The position numbers and the translations under genes were made by a program. 64,000 nucleotides of DNA from Limisphaerales bacterium (GTDB taxonomy: Bacteria; Verrucomicrobiota; Verrucomicrobiia; Limisphaerales; Palsa-1400): NCBI GenBank assembly GCA_052325505.1, contig JBKQUS010000141.1, positions 6,509 to 70,508 of the forward strand. Reading direction: 5' to 3'. Positions 54,750 through 61,980 of the stretch are shown here, piece after piece. The number at the start of each line of letters is the position of its first letter. Position 1 is the stretch's first letter. The notes under the pieces are model-generated. The model did no database searches. It worked only from the letters and a program-made list of their open reading frames with translations, and was not told the DNA's origin.

Positions 54750-55613
54750 ATGAGTTATCGCATCGAGAAAGGCGAAACCCTGGCGGCAGCGTTGGGGCGC
54801 ATTGCCGCCGAAGAGATGAATTCGGCGATGACTGATCTGCACCGCCGCGACCGGGGCAAGGCCGTGCATAGCGCGCGCAAGGCAATCAAAAGGCTGCGCG
54901 CCCTGCTGCGTTCACTGCGGGTGGTGTTCCCCAAGAAGCTGTTCCAGACGGAAAATCAGCGGCTGGCCGAAGCGGGACGCAAGATTTCACCCTTGCGCGA
55001 CATCCACGTCCAATTGCGCACTTTGGGCAGATTGCACGACGGCCGGGGCCATGCCGGTGGCAGGATCCGCCGGGATTTGTTGCGGCAGCAGCGGTATTTC
55101 GCGCGAAAGATTCCGGCTCTGCGCCGGACTGTGCGCGGAATGCTGGATGATTCCCGCGGCACAATCGGGTCATGGCCCCTGAACAAAACGACTCCGGCGA
55201 CCCTGGCGGCCGGGCTGAAGCATATTTACAAGCAGGGGCGAACCGCCTTCAAGACCGCCTGCAAGAACCCCTCTCCGGAGAACCTGCACGAGTGGCGCAA
55301 AAAGGCCAAGGCGCTGGGATACGGCTTTGAATTGATTGAGTGCCTTGTCCCGAAGAAAATCTCCAAAACCATGCGGCGGTGTGGCGCGCTCGGGGATGCC
55401 TTGGGGGACGATCACGATTTGTTCATGGTGTTGCAGGCACTGGCCGGGGAGCACCAGTCGCAGCCGGCCCGGGATTATGCCGGTCTGGCGCGGCGGATTT
55501 CCGCCAAACGCACCAAACTCCAGAAGCAGGCCTTTAAACTTGGCAAAATCGTCTATAGCGAAAAGCCGCGCGCCTTTGCCAAGCGCCTCGACCGCAGTTT
55601 GGAGCACACCTGA
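54750..55613 (+). CDS. CHAD-domain protein
   Basis: 287 aa and all-helical. It has the repeated basic pattern VHSARKAIKRLRALLRSLR... and HEWRKKAKALGY, typical of CHAD domains. Confidence 0.7.
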   Translation: MSYRIEKGETLAAALGRIAAEEMNSAMTDLHRRDRGKAVHSARKAIKRLRALLRSLRVVFPKKLFQTENQRLAEAGRKISPLRDIHVQLRTLGRLHDGRGHAGGRIRRDLLRQQRYFARKIPALRRTVRGMLDDSRGTIGSWPLNKTTPATLAAGLKHIYKQGRTAFKTACKNPSPENLHEWRKKAKALGYGFELIECLVPKKISKTMRRCGALGDALGDDHDLFMVLQALAGEHQSQPARDYAGLARRISAKRTKLQKQAFKLGKIVYSEKPRAFAKRLDRSLEHT

Positions 55614-55810
55614 AAAGGTAAATCACCTTAAAGCAGTTTAAGAAATGGCGTCCGGGCATGTTGTAACAATCCTGTCTCCAATATTTTAGAACTGCCCAAA
55701 GCTGGCTTCCGGCGCAGGCTGTACTTCATAATTTCCAAAATTTGAGTGCGGCACGGTTCCTGCGTTCTTCGCAAACGCGTGTCTCACCAACCCGCTTGTG
55801 CGGTTTGGGC

Positions 55811-55850
55811 GGGGGCTGGTCGAGCTCAACGACCGGCCCCCGTAATTTTT
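55811..55850 (+). terminator. Rho-independent terminator-like hairpin between the convergent CHAD and leuA genes
   Basis: GGGGGCTGGTCG-AGCTCAA-CGACCGGCCCCC (one G-T pair) followed by GTAATTTTT on the plus strand. There is no U-tract on the minus strand. Confidence 0.5.
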
Positions 55851-55871
55851 GACAGGCGCCTTGGCCACCAG

Positions 55872-57446
55872 TTAAGGCGACGTGACAGGAGCCGATTTCC
55901 CATCGTCCTGACACAGAACGCGGTTGACGGCGTTCAGATAGGCGCGGGCGCTGGCTTCGATCACGTCGGTGCTGGCGCCTTTGCCCACGACGATCTTGCC
56001 CTTGCCGAAATCCACTTTGACCGTGACTTCGCCCAAGGCGTCCTTGCCTTGCGAAACGGCGCGCAATGAGTAATCCAGCAATGTGCCGTGCGTGGTGGTG
56101 AGGCGGTCAATCGCCTTCAAGGCGGCATCAACCGGCCCGTCGCCAATGCCGGCGTCCTGCACAAAAGAGGCCGCGGCCTTTTTGCCGGCGAGCTTTTGCA
56201 GACGGACCGTGGCCGTGGGCACGCTGCCGCTGCCGCTGGTCACGCTCAAATAATTGAGCGACCATGTTTCCGGGATTTCGGTGATGTGCCCCTCGACCAG
56301 CGCGGACAAATCGTCGTCGTAAACAAATTTCTTCTTGTCACCAATCTCCTTGAAGCGGGCGAAGATGGCGGCGACGTCGTCCCCGGTCATTTTGAAGCCG
56401 AGATGTTTCAAGCGGGCGGCGACCGCCGCGCGGCCGCTGTGCTTGGTCAAGGGCAGCTCGGTGCCGCCCCAGCCGACGATTTGCGGGTCCATGATTTCGT
56501 AGGTCTCGCGCTTCTTCAAAATGCCGTCCTGATGAATGCCGCTGGAATGGGCGAAGGCGTTTTCGCCGACGACGGCTTTGCTGCGCTGCACCATCAAGCC
56601 GCTCATGCGGGCGACCAGGCGCGAAGCCTTGAGAATCTCGCGCGTGTTCAATCCGCATTCAAACCGGCCGAAGAAATCGTCGCGCGTTTTGAGGGCCATG
56701 ACGATTTCCTCCATGGCGGCGTTGCCGGCGCGCTCGCCAATGCCGTTGACGGTGCATTCGACCTGCCGCGCCCCGTGGCCGACAGCGGCCAGCGAGTTGG
56801 CCACGGCCAAACCGAGATCGTTGTGGCAATGAACGCTGATGATGGACTTGCCGGATTGGAATTCCGGGACGGAATCGTAAAGATGTTGAATGAGCGCGCC
56901 GTATTGGTCCGGAACGGCCCAGCCGACGGTGTCCGGAATGTTGACCGTGGTTGCGCCCGCCGCCACTACAGCCCGGCAGACCTGCACCAGGAAATCCGGT
57001 TCGGTGCGCGACGCGTCCTCCGGCGAAAACTCCACATTGCTGACAAAGCCCTTGGCCCGTTTGACGCCGTCCACCGCCAGACGGAGAATTTCCGCCCGCG
57101 CCTTGTTCAATTTGAATTCACGATGGATTTTCGACGTGGCCAAAAAGACGTGAATGCGCCCGCGTTTGCCGGCGGGCTTGATGGCCTGTCCGGCGGCGTC
57201 GATGTCGCGCGGGACGCACCGGGCCAGTCCGCAAATCACCGGCCCCTTGATTTCCCGGGCGATGGTCTGGACGGCGGCAAAGTCGCCGTCGCTGATGACG
57301 GGGAAGCCGGCTTCGATCACATCGACGTTGAGGCGGGCCAGTTGCCGGGCGATTTCGAGCTTCTCGCGCAAGTTCATGGACGCGCCGGGGCATTGCTCGC
57401 CGTCGCGCAACGTGGTGTCGAATATGATGATTTGATCGTTTTTCAT
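55872..57446 (-). CDS. leuA: 2-isopropylmalate synthase
   Basis: I prefer the ATG at 57444-57446 (MKNDQIIIFDTTLRDGEQCPGASMN...) over the TTG at 57473. Motifs include HCHNDLGLAVANSLAAV and a C-terminal LeuA allosteric domain. Confidence 0.92.
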   Translation of the reverse strand: MKNDQIIIFDTTLRDGEQCPGASMNLREKLEIARQLARLNVDVIEAGFPVISDGDFAAVQTIAREIKGPVICGLARCVPRDIDAAGQAIKPAGKRGRIHVFLATSKIHREFKLNKARAEILRLAVDGVKRAKGFVSNVEFSPEDASRTEPDFLVQVCRAVVAAGATTVNIPDTVGWAVPDQYGALIQHLYDSVPEFQSGKSIISVHCHNDLGLAVANSLAAVGHGARQVECTVNGIGERAGNAAMEEIVMALKTRDDFFGRFECGLNTREILKASRLVARMSGLMVQRSKAVVGENAFAHSSGIHQDGILKKRETYEIMDPQIVGWGGTELPLTKHSGRAAVAARLKHLGFKMTGDDVAAIFARFKEIGDKKKFVYDDDLSALVEGHITEIPETWSLNYLSVTSGSGSVPTATVRLQKLAGKKAAASFVQDAGIGDGPVDAALKAIDRLTTTHGTLLDYSLRAVSQGKDALGEVTVKVDFGKGKIVVGKGASTDVIEASARAYLNAVNRVLCQDDGKSAPVTSP

Positions 57447-57464
57447 AATTCTTTGTTTGTTAGT

Positions 57465-57508
57465 AAAAAGCAAAAACCCCAGCGCCGGTTTTGTCGGCGA
57501 TGGGGTTT
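57465..57508 (-). terminator. Attenuator-type intrinsic terminator between the leader ORF and leuA
   Basis: The minus-strand RNA reads AAACCCCAUCGCCG-ACAAAAC-CGGCGCUGGGGUUU followed by UUGCUUUUU. The stem has 10 G/C-rich pairs plus one mismatch. The U-tract ends 18 nt before the leuA ATG. Confidence 0.65.
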
Positions 57509-57530
57509 GAAAATTCCTGTAAGCGAATAA

Positions 57531-57599
57531 TTAGACCTCGACCACCGCGCGACGCAGGAGCAGCGCGTTCAGCAACAGTCGCAGGTTCAAAATATTCAT
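57531..57599 (-). CDS. Putative 22-aa leucine-rich leader peptide (leuL-like)
   Basis: Below the ORF-track size cutoff. Hand translation gives ATG AAT ATT TTG AAC CTG CGA CTG TTG CTG AAC GCG CTG CTC CTG CGT CGC GCG GTG GTC GAG GTC TAA = MNILNLRLLLNALLLRRAVVEV, with 8 Leu including two LLL runs. Confidence 0.6.
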   Translation of the reverse strand: MNILNLRLLLNALLLRRAVVEV

Positions 57600-57609
57600 T
57601 ACGCGGCAT

Positions 57610-57638
57610 AAAATATGGCACATTCGATTTCATGTCAA
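57610..57638 (-). promoter_or_regulatory. Sigma70-like promoter candidate for the leader-leuA transcript
   Basis: On the minus strand, TTGACA (57638-57633) is followed by 17 nt and then TATTTT (57615-57610), preceded by an A7 tract. The leader ATG lies about 10 nt downstream of the -10 box. Confidence 0.4.
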
Positions 57639-57699
57639 CTTTTTTTAAACACGCTCTAACAGAAAGCGAACAATTCGATGCTTATCCGGTTTGTTGTCA

Positions 57700-58300
57700 A
57701 GACCCCTCTCTCCGGCTCTCTCCCTGCTACGCGGGGCGAGAGAGAATACACCGAATTGTCATGCTCACGGATGAGCATAAAATCACTTTGATTCACTTTG
57801 AGTAGTATGATCTGTTTATCCGCCGGTTGTTTTGTAAGACGTTCTTGTATAGAGCTTTGCATGCAATTTGGCCACCTGAGCAATGCTGAAGGCTAAAGGC
57901 AAGAAGTCTGAAGGCTGAAGTTCGGAAAAAGCACGAAACGAACGAAGATGGGCCACAGCTCCACACGGATTTGACTGCGACTCGCTGTGACCGGCTGCGA
58001 CGGGGTTTGATTGGAATCATATTTTTGGCCAGAAATCAAAGCGATTGCCGCCGACCTGCTGGCCAGCCTTGATGAGGGATCAGGATTAAGATTACGAGTA
58101 AGATGGGCCCCTCCCCCCGCATACCCTGAAAATTTTTCGCAAAATCCGAAAAACACTTGCCGTCCTTTTTGAGCGGAATGCACTGGCACGCAGCAGGTTC
58201 CAATCAGAAAATGGCAAAAATCGATTTTTCACTTTTTTCGGATTTCAAGGTTCTTTTTTTCTTTTTTTTGGTTTGAATCGGTTTGAAACGGCCGGAATCG
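57700..58300. repeat. Repeat-rich non-coding region B (shares units with region A)
   Basis: Positions 57779-57801 and 57974-58030 match region A. Other elements are the hairpin ATGCTCA-CGGA-TGAGCAT at 57760-57777, CTGAAGGCT x2 at 57886-57918, and T-rich/GGTTTGAA repeats at 58225-58290. Confidence 0.65.
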
Positions 58301-60809
58301 CCCTGAATTCGGGAGGACAATTCAGGCCAGGCAACAGATGGACTTGTCTGAGGCGACCAGGGGTCTGGAGCCGTCACACCGTCACAAATGCCGACACAAC
58401 CCGCCACGGCGCGGCAACAACGGGCACGCCCTTGCGGCACTTCGCCGGGTGGACAGGGGACGGGCACGAAGCGTTCGCCATACGTGTGAAGCCAAATCAG
58501 TCGGCGGCCAAGCCGTACGACTCGCAATAATAAACTGGGGTCTTTCGTTATCGGAACGTGCGGGCCGGGCACGGTAAGTTCTTCGGAAAATGTTTCGACG
58601 AACGCAGGCGAGGCGAGCAAAGCGTAGCAATACGCGAAGAAATCTTCCGCCGCGACGCTTTCCAAATGCGGATTCAGCGCGTCGAGTAACCCATTCGTGA
58701 TGTTGGCTTTGGTCGCTTCAGCATCGCGCCAAAGTGGAATGATGTCCTTGCCGCCCCGGCCACAGAAATAGTGGAGGTCTGGAACTGAGGCACTAATTGT
58801 GGCGGCTGGGCCAAGGCCAAGAACTCCCGCGATTAAACTCGTGAAATAAACCTGTCGGTCGCTTTTGACTTTCCAAAGTGGTGGCCGTGGCCTGTCGCAT
58901 AGCCTCGTATCGGGCAGCACCCATTGCCTGTCGAAGCTGCGGTAGCCGTATCGAATGGGTTCAATAGGTGGCTCATCGGTGGGCAATTCTTCGATAGCTT
59001 GGAGGCGATTCCTTTCTGGCAAGAATGACTCATATTTGCGGGTCGCCAAGCGGGCTGTTGTTTCGCGCATCAATTTTCCACGGTCATCAGGTGGTGCGGC
59101 CAAAAGCGCACTCCATCGTTGCCGTAGTATCACTGAAGTCTCGCCAATTGCCCAAGTACGCTTGTATTGAACCCCGGAATGTTGCCACGGGAACAAGTCC
59201 GTCAGCAGCGGCCATCCGAAATAGTTGCCATGACCTCGCGGCAGGAAGGGCTCAGACCATCCTTCAAAACATTCCTGCCATTGAAGATCCGCAAAGGTGC
59301 GAACCGCGTTGAGTTTGGCGAACTTTTCCTCGCGTGTCCCCGTGATGCGCGTGTGACGGACTCGCGCCACATTTTGCGGCTTTGGGTCGCCGTAACGAAC
59401 GCCGATGGCAATTGCGACGGGTGTCTGGATGTTGAAAACATTTTCGGTCTTTCGTGCGCCGAGGTTGTCGCCCTCCAAGTCAATTATCCAAAGATCGTCG
59501 AATGCTTCGCGCATTTTCCGTCGCATTCCTACGAAGCCAGGCCCACGCAGGTAAGAGGCAGCGATGATGAACGTGATAATTCCCGGCCCGCTTGCGGCTG
59601 GATTCTCAAAAAGTTTCCATAACGCCCAGCGCCAGAAGAAAACATAATCGTTGTACAGATTCTTGACATGAACCCCTGCGCCAGCGGCGGAAGCCGGGTC
59701 AATGAAATCTTGGAGAATCGGGCGTGTCCGCCAGCCAGCATGTGCAGGGTCCGGGTCGCCGTGACGAACCCATCCGCCTTTGCGCATGTGTTCCGGGCGT
59801 TCGCCGCCCTCTGCTTGCTCGCGGTCGTAAGGCGGATTGCCCATGCACACGAGCACGCGTGTGCCCTTCTTTACGCGCTGAGCACGCCGGTGTTCGTCAG
59901 TCAAAGGGCGGGCGAAGACGTTCAGCACGAGCGGTTCGACATTTGGCGACTCAAGGGTGTCGGTCAGGTAAACCTTTATACCCTCTTGGGGAAGCGTGCC
60001 GTGGTAACTGGTAATGAGCTGCGTGAGACGCAAATGAGCCACAGCGTAGGGGCCAACCATGTTCTCAAAAGCGTGGATGTTCTCCGCGCACTTCGATGCC
60101 GCGCCAGGGAGAATACCAAGACCAAAACGTTCGCCAGATTGCCGCAAGGCATATTCCGCAGCCGCCAACGGATAGGCCGCCGTGCCAGCAGCGGGGTCGA
60201 GGAAAATCACGCCATCATCGGCGAATGTGCGGCGTTTGTTGAACCGCGTTTCAAGAAGTTCCCCTGCGAGACGCACCTGAGCGCCGATGACAGCCTGCGG
60301 CGTGTAATAGACGCCTTGATCTCTGCGGAGTTTCGGGTCATACGCTGCGAGGAAATCCTCGTAGAAGTATAGCCAAGGGTCGCCTGGTTGGAGCCGCTCC
60401 GGGATAACTGCGGTAATAACTCGTTCCAGCAAGTCCACCGCGATTTTGATTTCGTTGCGGGCTTCAGGCTGGACCAACACGCGCAGCGTTTGGGCCAAAA
60501 GGCCGTGGCCACTGTCGAGAGCGCGGGCAGCGGAATCGGTGGTAACGGCCCCGAATCAATCCTGATTCGCCTGCCTACATACAGTTCAGATTGATCAACA
60601 ACTTTAGGCTCAACCGTGATCGTTCCAGTGTCGTCATACTCCAACTGCGTGCTGTCGTTGTAGGAAATCTGACGCGCCGCTGCCTGAATTACGCGCCGTA
60701 CGCCAGACTTGAGTTGATCTTCCGGTTGGGCCACGATACGAGAACGGAAGTTGCGCCTTAAGTCTTGCGCGAACTCGCGCAGGACATTTTTGAATTCAAC
60801 CGCTGGCAT
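58204..60809 (-). pseudogene. Type ISP/IIG-like N6-adenine DNA methyltransferase, apparently frameshifted near 60550 and 3'-truncated
   Basis: Main frame (from 60555 down): FYEDFLAAYDPKLRRDQGVYYTPQAV, VIFLDPAAGTAAYPL (motif I), LVCMGNPPYDREQ (motif IV, NPPY), NLYNDYVFFWRWALWKL, IIAASYLRGPGFVGMRRKMREAFDDLWIIDLEGDN. The likely N-terminus (ATG 60809, MPAVEFKNVLREFAQDLRRNF...VEPKV...) is in another frame and the two frames meet at GGGGCC (~60547-60552). The last ~60 codons read into repeat DNA (..RFKPIQTKKKKKRTLKSEKSEKS). Confidence 0.55.
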
Positions 60810-61107
60810 CTGAGCCGAACGGTAACAAACGGAGTGCGGCGGGGGCAAGTCCGCTTTGTGCGTGGTCTTGACTGATGGGAGCGCCCTCCCTGGCAACGGA
60901 ATCTCACCTGAATTTGAAATTGGAGATTGGAGATTTCAAACCGAGGTTGCGGTTTGTCCCACGGCAGGACATGGTTTTGACTGTTCTGTCCATTCCCGGC
61001 TGTTTTTGGCGGAAAACACCGATTCCGACAGGGCATCTCACCCCGGAAAGGCAGTCGGATCGAATGTTGGCATCGGTGATGCTTAACAAATTGGTATGGA
61101 TAGTACA

Positions 61108-61260
61108 ATGAATAAAGCATCAGTTCCGTTCTTCGCCATGGCATTGTTGGTCATCGCGGCAATCGCGGCAAAAGTCCGCGCCGCCGTTGATGCGCAAGTG
61201 CCTGAAGGTTATGAGGATGAGACTGGTTTTCATTTTGGCACCCCGAATTTAAAGGGTTAA
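61108..61260 (+). CDS. Possible 50-aa secreted or membrane-anchored small protein
   Basis: Hand translation gives MNKASVPFFAMALLVIAAIAAKVRAAVDAQVPEGYEDETGFHFGTPNLKG. It has a signal/TM-like N-terminus. There is no supporting homology and it is below the track cutoff. Confidence 0.25.
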   Translation: MNKASVPFFAMALLVIAAIAAKVRAAVDAQVPEGYEDETGFHFGTPNLKG

Positions 61261-61513
61261 GTTTCTGGTTGTTACTTAATCGTTGAGTCGGTCGCTGAAG
61301 TGTCCCAAATTGGACAGCAATGTCTTGGTTTGGGACATTTTTGCCGGGTGGTGGATTACTGGGGTCGTGCGTCAACAGATTATTGCAGAAATCTTTGAGC
61401 TATCGAGGCAACTGAAGTCTATCCGCATTTGAAAAAAAGTCGTAAAAAACAACTTTGGGGCGCACTTTCCATGATTTTTTAGCGGGATAAAGACTTGCCA
61501 GGTTTTTTGGGGC

Positions 61514-61694
61514 TAGAGCGGTTTAAGAAATACTGTAGCCATTCGGCTTCATGAACTGGAGGAGCGGTCTTTTTGGGTTTTGGCTTCGTTTTGGCTCAGT
61601 CGCAGGCCGCTGCGGGCATGTTCCTTCGCCAAAGCCTCGCCAAAACCCAAAAATCCTCGCTCCGAATGGCCACACTATTTCTTAAAACGCTCTA
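61514..61694. repeat. ~180-bp imperfect palindrome (long hairpin, MITE/REP-like)
   Basis: Outer arms: AGAGCGGTTTAAGAAATACTGTAGCCATTCGG (61515-) versus the reverse complement of CCGAATGGCCACACTATTTCTTAAAACGCTCT (-61693), matching at about 29/32. Inner arms: TTTTTGGGTTTTGGC (61570-61584) versus GCCAAAACCCAAAAA (61640-61654), a perfect match. The left arm carries a ~14-nt insertion. Confidence 0.75.
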
Positions 61695-61889
61695 TTTCGG
61701 GCTTTTAGCCTCTGGAGGGTCAGGGGTGGAATCGTTGGGTTTTTGACCAGTGCCAAAAACTTTGCGCAATAACCGGCCAATCCACTTGCGCGTTCGCCTC
61801 ATGTAGAAAAGAAGACCAACAAAAATGCCGATAATGGACTGCCAAATAAGTGCGCCCAAGCCGGGGTCAATATACGCCAAAATGTGCAT
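61692..61889 (-). CDS. Small membrane protein (65 aa), hypothetical
   Basis: MHILAYIDPGLGALIWQSIIGIFVGLLFYMRRTRKWIGRLL... has one TM helix followed by a basic stretch. It lies 91 nt downstream of feoB on the same strand, and its stop codon is inside the right arm of the palindrome. Confidence 0.45.
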   Translation of the reverse strand: MHILAYIDPGLGALIWQSIIGIFVGLLFYMRRTRKWIGRLLRKVFGTGQKPNDSTPDPPEAKSPK

Positions 61890-61980
61890 TGCAGGCTAAT
61901 CTGTAGGGCCATACCCTACGAAGAGGAAGGAAAAAGTGCAGAGTTTTTGGCCAGCAACACTCTGAGGCAACATTACCGGA

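Noticed and set aside
56088-57530. 480-aa plus-strand ORF
   Set aside because: It is antisense to leuA and is a shadow ORF with no motifs.
57460-57609. Alternative ~49-codon ORF overlapping the leu leader in another frame
   Set aside because: Its ATG abuts the putative -10 box, it reads straight through the terminator hairpin, and it is not Leu-rich. The 22-codon Leu-rich ORF fits the attenuator geometry much better.
58204-61700. Possibility of a complete restriction-modification, BREX or other defence system
   Set aside because: Only a single, apparently damaged methyltransferase is present. No helicase, nuclease, specificity subunit, PglZ/BrxC-like genes, integrase or other defence ORFs are visible, and the surrounding DNA is repeat-rich non-coding sequence.
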